64,000 nucleotides of DNA from an uncultured Pseudobdellovibrionaceae bacterium (GTDB lineage Bacteria > Patescibacteriota > Minisyncoccia > Moranbacterales > GCA-2747515), in assembly GCA_964463705.1 (NCBI GenBank), contig CAYXCH010000021.1:1162-65161 (forward strand), read 5' to 3'. Of this stretch, positions 39,088 through 50,675 are shown piece by piece (position 1 is the first letter of the stretch; each line of letters begins with the position of its first letter). Below the pieces are notes generated by a model, which was not told where the DNA came from, ran no database searches, and was given only the letters and a program-made list of their open reading frames with translations. The position numbers and the translations under genes are program-made.

Positions 39088-40245
39088 TTGTATCGCACTT
39101 ATCATATTTTGTCAATACCCATGTCTACACTTTCTCCACATGATGCACACCTTATCCGTTTATTGCATGCCGGCATAACACAACGAACGCTAAATCGTCT
39201 GTATGCTCTCGGATATAATCCGAAAACCATGACCATACCGACGGTTAATGAACAGAGCGGGATTACCACTCGTCAGCGTGAACGATTGCACGCCGTTGCC
39301 ACCGTTTCCGCCGATGCGCCGCTCCGAGCGGCGGCAAGAGATCATCTGTCCGTTCTTACACGAGCAGACACTCAAAAGTTTCCGTCACTTCTGCACCATT
39401 GCGCCGATGCACCATTCGCTCTCTGTGTTCGGGGCGCTACAGATGTTTGCAATCGCAACGCGCCCTATGTCGCTATTGTGGGCGCACGGGCGTGTTCCCG
39501 AGATGGAGAACGTGCCGCATTTAGCTTGGCGGCGGATCTTGCGCGCGGCGGTGCAATTATCGTCAGTGGAATGGCACGCGGCATTGACACTGCCGCACAC
39601 CGTGGAGCGCTCTCCGTCGGTGGACAGACAATTGCCGTCTTGGGCGGTGGCGTAGATACCGATACACTATACCCGCGCAGCAACCGCGGACTTGCCGATG
39701 CCATTGCCGGCGGCGGTGGAGCCGTTCTCAGTGCTTACGCCCCACTTCACCGACCCACTCGCTATACATTGGTGGAACGAAACCGCGTAATGGCGGGTAT
39801 GAGTCATAGCGTTATTGTTATTGAAGCGGGAGAGCGCAGCGGAACCCTGCGTACCGCACAAGCGGCGCTGGACTATGATCGTGATTTGGGAGCGGTTCCC
39901 GGTAGTATTTTTGACCATCGCTATGCCGGAAGTTTGGCGCTTATCCGTAATGGCGCGGCGTGTATTCGCAATAGCACCGACATATGGGAGCTATTGGGAT
40001 ACAATTATCAACACCTATCACCGTCCGATAATACCGCCAAAACCGTTTCCGAATCCACGCCGGAACTGAGCGAATCTGAACGCGCCGTTCTGCGTCACAT
40101 TGAGTGTGATACACCGTGTCACATTGACAAGATTATTGCAGCATCTAAACTGGAAGCAACACAGGTGCGCTCCGCGCTCTCGTTGTTGGAAATCGCCGGC
40201 ACCATTCGAAACTGTGGCGGTGATCACTATCTCCGTACATCGTAA
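39088..40245 (+). CDS. dprA: DNA processing protein A (SMF family)
   Basis: Rossmann-like core VAIVGARACSRDGERAAFSLAADLARGGAIIVSGMARGIDTAAHRGAL. C-terminal winged-helix. Confidence 0.85.
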   Translation: MYRTYHILSIPMSTLSPHDAHLIRLLHAGITQRTLNRLYALGYNPKTMTIPTVNEQSGITTRQRERLHAVATVSADAPLRAAARDHLSVLTRADTQKFPSLLHHCADAPFALCVRGATDVCNRNAPYVAIVGARACSRDGERAAFSLAADLARGGAIIVSGMARGIDTAAHRGALSVGGQTIAVLGGGVDTDTLYPRSNRGLADAIAGGGGAVLSAYAPLHRPTRYTLVERNRVMAGMSHSVIVIEAGERSGTLRTAQAALDYDRDLGAVPGSIFDHRYAGSLALIRNGAACIRNSTDIWELLGYNYQHLSPSDNTAKTVSESTPELSESERAVLRHIECDTPCHIDKIIAASKLEATQVRSALSLLEIAGTIRNCGGDHYLRTS

Positions 40246-40256
40246 TCTCTATATCC

Positions 40257-42521
40257 ATGAATCTTCTCATCGTTGAATCCCCCACCAAAGCCCGAACAAT
40301 CGGCAAGTATCTCCCAAAAACGGAGAAGTTTGTCATTATGGCAAGTGTCGGTCATATTCGCGATTTACCGAAAAGCAATAAGAAAGCAATTGATATTGAT
40401 GCGGGATTTGTCCCCCATTATGAAATTACGCCGGAAAAGCGAGATGTTGTTGCAAAACTGAAGAAAGCAGCCGCGAATGCATCAACAATCTATCTCGCCA
40501 CCGATCCCGATCGCGAAGGAGAAGCTATTGCCTGGCATATTGTGGAAGCATTGGGATTACAGGGAGATCCGCGTGTCTACCGTGTTACATTTAATGAAAT
40601 TACCAAAAATGCCGTTACTCATGCACTGAAGCATCCGCGCGCCATTGACGACAATTTACGTCGCGCACAGGAAGCACGTCGCGTACTGGATCGTTTATTC
40701 GGTTATGACCTCTCCGGATTGATTTGGAAAAAAGTTCGCTATGGGCTGAGTGCCGGGCGCGTTCAATCCCCCGCTCTCCGCATTTTAGCGGAACGAGAGC
40801 GATCGATTCGTGCGTTTATACCGGATGTATTTTGGACGATTACCGCCGAGTTGGCGCCAAAAAATCATTCCGCCCTTCCGTTTACCTGTACAAAGGAGCT
40901 TGTGGCAACACTTCAAGAGTGTACCACGGATGCGGAACGCGCCAAGGTTATTGCGCGTGTAAAAGACGAGGTGGACACAATCGTACGAAATGGAACACGG
41001 GGAACGTGGAACATCACGGACATCAAAGAAACACGACAGAAACGAGTACCGTACGCACCGTTTACCACCTCCACACTGCAACAAGCCGCCAGTTCTCGCC
41101 TGGGATTTACCCCCAGCCGTACCATGCGCGCCGCACAGAAACTGTATGAAGCGGGACATATTACATATATGCGTACAGATTCCGTTACACTCAGTACGGA
41201 GGCGCTGGCACAGATTGCCACCGTCATTGCGCGAGACTTCGGCAAGGATATGCACCATCAACGAATGTACAAAACTCGCAGCAAAAACGCACAGGAAGCG
41301 CATGAGGCAATTCGCCCGACAGACTGCACGGTAACCGCTGCCGGCTCAACGGATGATGCGAAAAAGCTCTATCGCCTTATTCGCACACGTACGATTGCGT
41401 CACAGATGGCTGACGCACATATACTGCGTACAAAAATTACCGCTACTACCACAGACGGAACTATTCCGGATTTTGCACTGACAGGATCTCGCGTGGTAGA
41501 TCCGGGGTGGCTGGCACTGGATACGGCGGCGCGAAGTGAAGATGTTGATGTTCCTCAGTGTGCCGTTGGTGACTCATTGTCACTGTCCGCTATCAATGCG
41601 GAGGAAAAAGAAACTCAACCGCCAAAACGCTATACTGAAGCGGGGCTTGTTAAAGAGTTGGAAAAACGTGGTATCGGGCGTCCGTCCACATATGCAACAA
41701 TTATTAAAACCATCCAGGATCGCGGATACGTGGAAAAAGAGGGGCGCACGCTCATTCCCACCGACACCGGTATGGTGGTCAGTGATTTTATAGAGAACTA
41801 TTTTGCACGTTACATCAGTGACGATTTTACGGCGGAAATGGAAAATGAATTGGATGATATTGCCGCCGGAACACGAGATTACGTTACAACATTGAAGGAG
41901 TTTTATACCCCGTTCCATGCGGATGTCGCCGCCAAAGCAGATGTTCCGAAATTAACAAATTTGGGTGACGCCGACGCCAAGCATGTTTGCCCGAAGTGTG
42001 GCGGCCCGATGGTTATCAAGCTTTCCAAAAGCGGCACCTTCCTCTCCTGTAAACGTTTTCCGGAATGTGATGGCGCTCGGACCGCGGAAGGTGAAGAAAT
42101 TCGCGGTCCCAAGGAAACCGGAGAGCGGTGTCCAAAATGCGACAGTGCGTTGGTGGAACGTACCGGACGATATGGAACATTCATCTCCTGTTCCAACTAC
42201 CCGAAATGCAAGTATATCAAAGAAGATCCGGAAGATGCCGCTCGGAAAAATACCGGTGTCTCCTGCCCACAATGTGAAGATGGAACAATGGTGGAACGAC
42301 GGGGGCGATTTGGCATTTTTTACTCCTGCTCCAATTATCCGAAATGCAAGAACGCAATCAAGGCGCGCCCAACGGGGCGACGCTGCACATATGTGCGAGA
42401 GGATCGTGACGGCGCTGTGTGTGGCGCACTGATGATGGAAGGAACAAAAACTATTCCCGAACGATGTAGTGATAAAACGTGTCCAAACCACAATCCGCAC
42501 AAGTTAAATACAACAAAATAA
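40257..42521 (+). CDS. topA: DNA topoisomerase I with C-terminal zinc ribbons
   Basis: TOPRIM N-terminus MNLLIVESPTKARTIGKYL. Catalytic region. Three to four CxxC...CxxC ribbons (CPKCGGPMV...; CPKCDSALV...; CPQCEDGTMV...). Confidence 0.95.
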   Translation: MNLLIVESPTKARTIGKYLPKTEKFVIMASVGHIRDLPKSNKKAIDIDAGFVPHYEITPEKRDVVAKLKKAAANASTIYLATDPDREGEAIAWHIVEALGLQGDPRVYRVTFNEITKNAVTHALKHPRAIDDNLRRAQEARRVLDRLFGYDLSGLIWKKVRYGLSAGRVQSPALRILAERERSIRAFIPDVFWTITAELAPKNHSALPFTCTKELVATLQECTTDAERAKVIARVKDEVDTIVRNGTRGTWNITDIKETRQKRVPYAPFTTSTLQQAASSRLGFTPSRTMRAAQKLYEAGHITYMRTDSVTLSTEALAQIATVIARDFGKDMHHQRMYKTRSKNAQEAHEAIRPTDCTVTAAGSTDDAKKLYRLIRTRTIASQMADAHILRTKITATTTDGTIPDFALTGSRVVDPGWLALDTAARSEDVDVPQCAVGDSLSLSAINAEEKETQPPKRYTEAGLVKELEKRGIGRPSTYATIIKTIQDRGYVEKEGRTLIPTDTGMVVSDFIENYFARYISDDFTAEMENELDDIAAGTRDYVTTLKEFYTPFHADVAAKADVPKLTNLGDADAKHVCPKCGGPMVIKLSKSGTFLSCKRFPECDGARTAEGEEIRGPKETGERCPKCDSALVERTGRYGTFISCSNYPKCKYIKEDPEDAARKNTGVSCPQCEDGTMVERRGRFGIFYSCSNYPKCKNAIKARPTGRRCTYVREDRDGAVCGALMMEGTKTIPERCSDKTCPNHNPHKLNTTK

Positions 42522-42707
42522 TTTGGCTTCCATAAAGAATACCATTGTCGCGTGTTATAAGTATTTGTGTCGCAGTGTGGCACCATACGTTATACCATGC
42601 TCCCTTATCTATTTCTGAAATACAATCCAACAGACTGTCTTCGTCCGTATAGTTATGTTCCCTTCCTTGCCACTTCATATAAATAAACCCATATCGGGAG
42701 AAATAAA

Positions 42708-42730
42708 AAACATCGCCAACCGGCGATGTT
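42708..42730. terminator. Bidirectional intrinsic terminator hairpin AACATCGCC-aacc-GGCGATGTT flanked by A/T runs
   Basis: Perfect 9-bp stem. On the minus strand it is followed by TTTTTATTTC, terminating the 16S transcript. On the plus strand it lies just downstream of topA. Confidence 0.55.
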
Positions 42731-42734
42731 TTAA

Positions 42735-42757
42735 TCATGAACTTTTGAGGTTAGTCT
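42735..42757 (-). other. 3' arm of pre-16S rRNA processing stem (pairs with 44571-44593)
   Basis: tcatgaacttttgaggttagtct matches the reverse complement of agactaacctcaaaaggtcatga (44571-44593) at 22 of 23 positions. The two arms flank the 16S gene as in RNase III processing stems. Confidence 0.7.
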
Positions 42758-42848
42758 GTAACAGTTGTGACACGGATTTGCCGTAAAAACGACAAGCGAC
42801 CATTGGGGTCTGATTAGCGATGCGCCAATCATACCCACCAAACTCCCT

Positions 42849-44372
<1,524 letters not shown>

Positions 44373-44570
44373 AAAGCGATACCGTTTTCAGCAACCGATG
44401 CTCGCTTCCACATCGGGCAAGTTTCCAACGGAAACTTCGGATACGCGATACTGTCGTTGCCATATCGGCGTGTCTCGTGTCGCTTGGCACGAGACGTTTT
44501 CTTATGAAAACCGACAACTGCCGTGTTACTGTGTAACACAATGAAAGTGGTCCGTGCTCACAGTCTGTCA

Positions 44571-44593
44571 AGACTAACCTCAAAAGGTCATGA
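44571..44593 (-). other. 5' arm of pre-16S rRNA processing stem
   Basis: See 42735-42757. Lies about 200 nt upstream of the mature 16S 5' end. Confidence 0.7.
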
Positions 44594-44792
44594 TCTATTA
44601 GATAGACGTGATATTGTCAAGGTTCCGTGTTTCTGCTCATCCGAACAAAAACACATTCTCATGATTCATCGGGATGCATCACAAGAATGCGACTTTGTTC
44701 CATTGCTATAAATTGTAGCAGAGTTCGCCGCGCTGTCAAGCGGTAGGCAACTTCTTAATCTGTCCCTATCATAACCAACTCTTTTATTTATG

Positions 44793-45866
44793 TCAAGTAT
44801 TGGAGAATAATGAATCATCATCAATAATCATCATGGCATCTCCGAAAGAAAAAAACCGATATCGCTCCCGTACCGCGCATGCATAGGCGTGAAGAATATG
44901 CTCTCGTGACGCAAATGCCGACACCATAATAATCAGACTGGATTGCGGAACATGAAAGTTTGTAATCATTGCATCAACAACACGAAACGTATGCGGAGGA
45001 CGGATAAAAATATTTGTGCTTCGAGTCCCGCTACGTATTACTCCATGATCATCTACGGCACTTTCCAACGCCCGCACCACCGTTGTACCTACGGCAATAA
45101 TTCGGCGACCGTGTTGTCGCGCTGTTGTAATCGCCTCGGCAGCGGCAGTGGAAATGTTATAGTGCTCTGTATGCATCTCATGTTGTGAAATATCTTCGGA
45201 ACGGATGGCGGCAAACGTCCCCAATCCGACGGTAAGTGTTATATCCACAATCTCCACCCCGCGATGACGTAACTGTGAACATATATCCGATGTAAAATGT
45301 AATCCCGCCGTTGGAGCCGCCGCTGACGCACCCTCTGTCGCATACACCGTTTGATACCGTTGCGGATCATGTAACCGCCGTGTAATATACGGTGGCAAAG
45401 GCATCTCACCACACTGCGCCAATGCCTCTTCCATTGTCACCGTTGAAAAAAAGTCCACGGTCAATACCTCTTGTGTTCGTGAAACAACTTGCGCCCGTAA
45501 TACGCCATCACCAAAAACAACCCGAGTTCCCACACCAAGACGACGCAGCGGCTGTGCCATCACCTGATACCGCGCCACCGCTCCCGCCGGTGCTTTGGAA
45601 ACTCTATGCAATAACAACATTTCCACCGCCCCACCGGTACCTTCCTTTTGTCCCAATAATCGCGCGGGAATAACACGCGTAGCATTACGCACCAAAAGAT
45701 CTCCGTGTCGCAACAACTGCGGAAGTTGTGAGAACTGCGCATGGCGAACCGTCCCCCGTGTACGATGTAGCACCATTAGACGGGACGCATCACGACGAGA
45801 TTGCGGCGTCTGCGCAATCAACTCCTCGGGTATATCAATAGCATAGTCTGTCAGCCGATCGCTCAT
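44793..45866 (-). CDS. queA: S-adenosylmethionine:tRNA ribosyltransferase-isomerase
   Basis: N-terminal LTDYAIDIPEELIAQTPQSRRDASRLMVL. 357 aa. Typical QueA length and motifs. Confidence 0.9.
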   Translation of the reverse strand: MSDRLTDYAIDIPEELIAQTPQSRRDASRLMVLHRTRGTVRHAQFSQLPQLLRHGDLLVRNATRVIPARLLGQKEGTGGAVEMLLLHRVSKAPAGAVARYQVMAQPLRRLGVGTRVVFGDGVLRAQVVSRTQEVLTVDFFSTVTMEEALAQCGEMPLPPYITRRLHDPQRYQTVYATEGASAAAPTAGLHFTSDICSQLRHRGVEIVDITLTVGLGTFAAIRSEDISQHEMHTEHYNISTAAAEAITTARQHGRRIIAVGTTVVRALESAVDDHGVIRSGTRSTNIFIRPPHTFRVVDAMITNFHVPQSSLIIMVSAFASREHILHAYACAVRERYRFFSFGDAMMIIDDDSLFSNT

Positions 45867-47392
45867 GATGTTTTTTCCGATGGCGGCGTCAAAATTCCGG
45901 CACGACGCAATGCCCGACGAATATCACTGCGCGCTCGTGATGTCCGAACAAAGTCCAACCATTTCTGTGTCGGAACTTTTTCCTCTTTGCTGGTAAGAAT
46001 TTCAATTACATCACCATTGCGAATGGTATAATCCAGCGGAACCATTTTTCCATTGGCTTTTGCACCCGTCGCCCGATGCCCTACCTGCGTGTGTACCGCA
46101 TAGGCAAAATCAATCGGTGTAGACTCCTCGGGCAAATCAATGATATCTCCCTTCGGTGTAAAGGCAAAAATATGATTTTTGAAAAAATCAATCTTTAAAC
46201 TCTGCATAAATTCCGTATTGTCCGTACCGATTTCATTCTGCCACTCTCGCAACTGCTGAACCCATTGAGTTTGACGTTTTACATCTCGTTGCGCCGCCTG
46301 TTTCTTTTTTCGCCCAAAAAGGTAGTCACGCCAATTGTTTCGTGTTCGTTCTTTATATAACCAGTGTGCCGCAATACCGAACTCCGCCTCGGTATGCATC
46401 TGCGGCGTTCGAATTTGCACTTCAATAATTCTCCCCTCGGGACCAAAAATTGTTGTATGAATGGACTGATAGCCATTGGGCTTCGGAAGTGAAATATAAT
46501 CCTTGATGCGCCCAACCATCGGGCGGTAGCGCTTATGTACAATACCCAACGTCTCATAACAATCCGCAACGGTCGGCACGATAATACGAATCGCCGCCAA
46601 ATCATAAACACGACTGATGTCCATGTCATGGCGCTTAAGTTTAACATACAAACTATAAATGCTTTTCGCACGACCGGTAATACTCTCCACTTTAATTCCC
46701 TCCGCTTGCAATGCCTTCATAATATTATCCATCGCCCGCCGAACATAACGATCATACTCTTTCTTCTGTTGCGCATACAAAGCGGAAATTTCTTTATACG
46801 CATCCGGCTCCAAATATCGGAACGCCAGGTCTTCCATTTCCGTCTTGATTTCACTAATTCCGAGACGATTGGCAATTTGCGCATACACTTCCATTGTCTC
46901 TGTGGCAATTCGCCGCTGTTTTTCCGGCTTAACATATTGCAATGTGCGCATATTATGAAGACGATCCGCCAACTTTACAATGACCACACGAATATCTTGC
47001 GCCATTGCCAAAAACATTTTTCGCAAATTTTCAATAAACAATTCCTCTTGAGATCCGCGCAACCGAATGTGTCCAAGTTTTGTAACACCATCCACCATCC
47101 ACGCAATTTCTTCCCCAAATCGCTTGCGTATATCATCCGATGTATAGTGCGTATCTTCCGGAACATCGTGTAACAACCCGGCAGCAATCGTCATGGCGTC
47201 CATACCAATCTGCGCCAAAATTTGCGCCGTGTGTAAACAGTGTTGCACATACGGCTCTCCGCTACGACGCTTCTGCGTCGCATGTGCATCATCCGCCACC
47301 GCAAACGCCTCTCGCACCAACTTACGCCCCGCCGCATCTAACGGTACGGATGCTGCAGTAATCACATCATCAATGGTGAGTTGCTTTTCCAT
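45863..47392 (-). CDS. Bifunctional (p)ppGpp synthetase/hydrolase, RelA/SpoT family (short, 509 aa, no ACT domain)
   Basis: HD hydrolase motif HDVPEDT. Synthetase domain (RAKSIYSLYVKL; GYQSIHT). TGS-like C-terminus ending GDVIEILTS. Confidence 0.85.
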   Translation of the reverse strand: MEKQLTIDDVITAASVPLDAAGRKLVREAFAVADDAHATQKRRSGEPYVQHCLHTAQILAQIGMDAMTIAAGLLHDVPEDTHYTSDDIRKRFGEEIAWMVDGVTKLGHIRLRGSQEELFIENLRKMFLAMAQDIRVVIVKLADRLHNMRTLQYVKPEKQRRIATETMEVYAQIANRLGISEIKTEMEDLAFRYLEPDAYKEISALYAQQKKEYDRYVRRAMDNIMKALQAEGIKVESITGRAKSIYSLYVKLKRHDMDISRVYDLAAIRIIVPTVADCYETLGIVHKRYRPMVGRIKDYISLPKPNGYQSIHTTIFGPEGRIIEVQIRTPQMHTEAEFGIAAHWLYKERTRNNWRDYLFGRKKKQAAQRDVKRQTQWVQQLREWQNEIGTDNTEFMQSLKIDFFKNHIFAFTPKGDIIDLPEESTPIDFAYAVHTQVGHRATGAKANGKMVPLDYTIRNGDVIEILTSKEEKVPTQKWLDFVRTSRARSDIRRALRRAGILTPPSEKTS

Positions 47393-47457
47393 ATCTCTAC
47401 TATATCACAAAAGCCGCGCTCCGGGCACGACTCTTTGTATACAATATAATCTGCCGA

Positions 47458-47784
47458 CTACTTCTTCTTTGACGATGCCGTCTTTTTCGTACGACGCGGC
47501 GCCGATGTCGCCTTCTTCTTTGTCGCCGTTGTTACAAGTGCCGCGGCCACTGCACCCAATGCCGCACCCACACCGGCAGCAATCGCCGCCGCCTTTTGCG
47601 GATTTTTCTTAATGTAACGCTCCGCTCGTGTTTCCACCTGCGCCAGCATCTTCTTCATCTTCTTTACTTCCCGCTCTGCCGCCTTTGCGGCACGCTCCAC
47701 CTCGCGTTGCGCCGCCTTTTGTGCTCGCGTTACTTCGCGCTGCGCTGCGGATGCAACTTTCTTTGCTTGTGCTTTCGTATCCAT
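47458..47784 (-). CDS. DUF883 (ElaB/YqjD-like) C-terminally membrane-anchored protein
   Basis: Helical charged N-terminus. NPQKAAAIAAGVGAALGAV C-terminal anchor resembling ElaB/YqjD. Lys-rich tail. Confidence 0.45.
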   Translation of the reverse strand: MDTKAQAKKVASAAQREVTRAQKAAQREVERAAKAAEREVKKMKKMLAQVETRAERYIKKNPQKAAAIAAGVGAALGAVAAALVTTATKKKATSAPRRTKKTASSKKK

Positions 47785-47831
47785 AATATATATTAGAATT
47801 CTTGGATTACAGTTGTATTATACACAACTTC

Positions 47832-48128
47832 TTATGCGCGGACAATGCGCAACAATACGGCAACCGCCAATAGTGTTGCGCCCATAATCATAAACCCATA
47901 TGCCGCCGCACCCAACAGCATTCCCAAGTACAGTGCGATGCCGATACAAAGTAGCGCCCCTCCCAATAATGCCACCGCGACCGTGACGATACGAGCAATA
48001 ATCGCATGTGTTGTCGCATCCACTTTTTCCTGCACCATTGTTAGCAGGCTTCCACCGCTTTGCGTTACCGCCTCCCGAACAAGGGTTAGCGCATACGCCT
48101 TCCAGTCTGTATGTGTTTCTTGTGTCAT
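47832..48128 (-). CDS. Small hypothetical membrane protein (YqjE/holin-X-like?)
   Basis: Two TM segments. Operon with the flanking small membrane genes. Confidence 0.35.
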   Translation of the reverse strand: MTQETHTDWKAYALTLVREAVTQSGGSLLTMVQEKVDATTHAIIARIVTVAVALLGGALLCIGIALYLGMLLGAAAYGFMIMGATLLAVAVLLRIVRA

Positions 48129-48727
48129 AGGTATTGTGTTACTTCTTTTTCAGTATACGTCGGAATATCATCGGTGTACAGTAACGCAAATACTTGAAGC
48201 GCTGCTTGAACGAACCACTCCGCATGTGCATATCGTTGAGGAATTTCTCGTGGAGCAATACATGCGACAGCACCGCCGCGCGCTATCGGCACTGTGCCAA
48301 TGACAACTCCATGGGAAACAGTGCTCTCCGGTGGAAGATGTACCACAACACATCGCCCCACTCCCGTTCCCCGAGCAATATGAGCATGAAGTTCCGTCCG
48401 TGCCTGTGCCGCATCAGATGCATCGGCCAGTGTGGTAAATACATCCATAAGCACATCATTGTGACGATTCATGGCACCAATTTGCATGTATGCATGAGAT
48501 AAGTCTCGTTGAGTATCTCGTAATTCATCAGAGCACTGACGATGAGCACGTTGAGCGACTCGCCGCGATCGGTCGGTGACAAGGTATATGACCCCCATAA
48601 CACCGGCACACGCTAACGCTCCCATCGCACGATATTGCGTTGGCGTCAATGTCTCCGGCACCGGTGACACTATGATCATACTTACTGCCACCGTCGCCAT
48701 CATTACTAGCAAAGTCACAACATACAT
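48125..48727 (-). CDS. Hypothetical membrane protein
   Basis: Two N-terminal TM segments. No recognised motifs. Confidence 0.35.
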   Translation of the reverse strand: MYVVTLLVMMATVAVSMIIVSPVPETLTPTQYRAMGALACAGVMGVIYLVTDRSRRVAQRAHRQCSDELRDTQRDLSHAYMQIGAMNRHNDVLMDVFTTLADASDAAQARTELHAHIARGTGVGRCVVVHLPPESTVSHGVVIGTVPIARGGAVACIAPREIPQRYAHAEWFVQAALQVFALLYTDDIPTYTEKEVTQYL

Positions 48728-48733
48728 GATGCT

Positions 48734-49621
48734 TTATGACAACGACGTCTGTATTGATTCAATGTATTGCACCAATCGATCTCGCAATGCCGGATGCTTT
48801 AATCCCATGTGAATTGTCGCCCGCAAAAAATTAAACTTATCTCCCGTATCCAGCCAGATACCATCCAAATCATGTGCGTATAATGTCGTCGCTCCCCGTG
48901 AAAGTAGAATATCAAACGCATCTGCCAACCGAATTTCTCCGGATTTCCCTTCACGCATTGTAGCAAGAACCTCTCGCACTTCCGGCGTAATGATATACTT
49001 TCCCACCGCCACCGATCGTGACGGCGCAACATCCGGATTCGGTTTCTCCACCATCTGTGTTACTCGTACTGTTCGCTCATCCACCCGCTCTCCCGCCACA
49101 ACACCAAACTGTGATACATCGTCACGCGGCACTGTTGCCGTTCCGATAATACTACCGCCATATGTTTCATACGCTGCAATCAATTGTTGTGTTGCCGGAA
49201 CATCGCTGTCATACAAACAGTCACCAAACAGCACGACCGCCGCCTCATCATCCGCCAATAAGTGCGATGCTTGCAAAATTGCATGTCCGTCTCCCAATGG
49301 ATATGGCTGACGAACATAACAGAACTTTGCCAGCCGTGCAATGTGCTTAACTTCGGCAAGCAATTCATGCTTATTTTTTTCTACCAGCGTTTTTTCCAAC
49401 TCGTACGCGACGTCAAAATGATCCTCAATCGCGCGCTTGCCGCGACCGGTCACAAAAATAATTTCCTCAATTCCACTGGCAACTGCTTCTTCCACAAGGT
49501 ATTGAATCACCGGTTTATCCACAATCGGCAACATTTCCTTTGGCTGACTTTTTGTCGCCGGAAGAAACCGTGTCCCAAATCCCGCTACCGGAAGAATCGC
49601 TTTTTTAATTTTTCGTGTCAT
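48734..49621 (-). CDS. galU: UTP--glucose-1-phosphate uridylyltransferase
   Basis: KAILPVAGFGTRFLPATKSQPKEMLPIVDKPVIQY signature. Confidence 0.85.
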   Translation of the reverse strand: MTRKIKKAILPVAGFGTRFLPATKSQPKEMLPIVDKPVIQYLVEEAVASGIEEIIFVTGRGKRAIEDHFDVAYELEKTLVEKNKHELLAEVKHIARLAKFCYVRQPYPLGDGHAILQASHLLADDEAAVVLFGDCLYDSDVPATQQLIAAYETYGGSIIGTATVPRDDVSQFGVVAGERVDERTVRVTQMVEKPNPDVAPSRSVAVGKYIITPEVREVLATMREGKSGEIRLADAFDILLSRGATTLYAHDLDGIWLDTGDKFNFLRATIHMGLKHPALRDRLVQYIESIQTSLS

Positions 49622-49625
49622 AGTG

Positions 49626-50351
49626 TTAAATCATCATCCGATCCGCCAACTTCTCCTTGGCAAGTTGTTGCGCCGCTAAAAGAGAGTCAAATGTTCCCGC
49701 ATCAATCCATGCACCATCAAATGTCTTCACATCCAATTCTCCGCGTTGCAAATAGTAGGTGTGCATATCGGTGATTTCCAACTCTCCGCGAGCGCTGGGT
49801 GTGATCGTCTTGGCGATTTCCGATGCGCGACCATCAAAGATGTACAGTCCGGGGATGGCGTAATTACTCTGTGGGTGTGTCGGTTTTTCTTCTATGCTTG
49901 TAGCGGTACCGTGTTCGTCAAATGTAACAACGCCGAATCGCTCCGGATCCGGTACTCGTTTGGCGAAGATGCGTCCGCCGCTGCGGAAACTCTTGATCTC
50001 TTCGGTAAAATCATCTTCAAAGATGTTGTCGCCCAGAATCATGGTAACGTTGTCATTGTCCAGGAAAGATTCCGCAATAATAAACGCTTCCGCCAGTCCG
50101 CGGGGTTCGTCTTGGATTTCATAGGTAAAGCGTGCACCGAACTCTTTTCCCGATCCCAAGAGATTGAGATAGTTACCTGCATGTTCGGGAGCGATGATAA
50201 TGAGAATGTCCGTGATGCCCGCGCGTAACAATGTATTGAGCGGGTAGTAGATCATCGGGCGGTTGTAGACGGGCAGAAGCTGCTTGGAGGTCATTTTTGT
50301 TAGCGGGCGTAACCGAGTGCCGCTGCCACCGGAGAGGATAATGCCTTTCAT
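49626..50351 (-). CDS. rmlA: Glucose-1-phosphate thymidylyltransferase-like nucleotidyltransferase (short RmlA, 241 aa)
   Basis: MKGIILSGGSGTRLRPLTKMTSKQLLPVYNRPMIYYPL aligns with the RmlA N-terminus. The gene lacks the C-terminal roughly 50 aa of canonical RmlA. Confidence 0.75.
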   Translation of the reverse strand: MKGIILSGGSGTRLRPLTKMTSKQLLPVYNRPMIYYPLNTLLRAGITDILIIIAPEHAGNYLNLLGSGKEFGARFTYEIQDEPRGLAEAFIIAESFLDNDNVTMILGDNIFEDDFTEEIKSFRSGGRIFAKRVPDPERFGVVTFDEHGTATSIEEKPTHPQSNYAIPGLYIFDGRASEIAKTITPSARGELEITDMHTYYLQRGELDVKTFDGAWIDAGTFDSLLAAQQLAKEKLADRMMI

Positions 50352-50360
50352 AGGAACGTA

Positions 50361-50603
50361 TTACCGCATGTGATCCGCTGACCCTCCATTATATTCGGTA
50401 TGTTGTGTGCAGGGCTTAAGATCATTCTGCGATGACTTCAAATCTTTTGCCACACCCACCAATACCAAAAATGCTCCCATAATGGCAATCGCCAATCCGG
50501 AAACAAATCCAAACAAAAATCGCTCATCACGATATAACACTCCACGCATTGTTGACGAAATCGTTTCTCCACTTTCGTGACGTGTTTCCGTGTTCTCTGT
50601 CAT
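50361..50603 (-). CDS. Small hypothetical membrane protein
   Basis: 80-aa ORF with one TM. Uncertain. Confidence 0.3.
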   Translation of the reverse strand: MTENTETRHESGETISSTMRGVLYRDERFLFGFVSGLAIAIMGAFLVLVGVAKDLKSSQNDLKPCTQHTEYNGGSADHMR

Positions 50604-50675
50604 ACATTTTCATTTAGTAAATTATACTCTCTCATTATACCACAACATCATGGAATAATAACAACTGCAAACATC

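Noticed and set aside
42522-42848. tRNA or 23S immediately downstream of 16S
   Set aside because: No T-loop/GTTCRANYC-like tRNA signature was seen in this 327-nt spacer. It contains only the processing-stem arm and a terminator hairpin, and topA converges at 42521.
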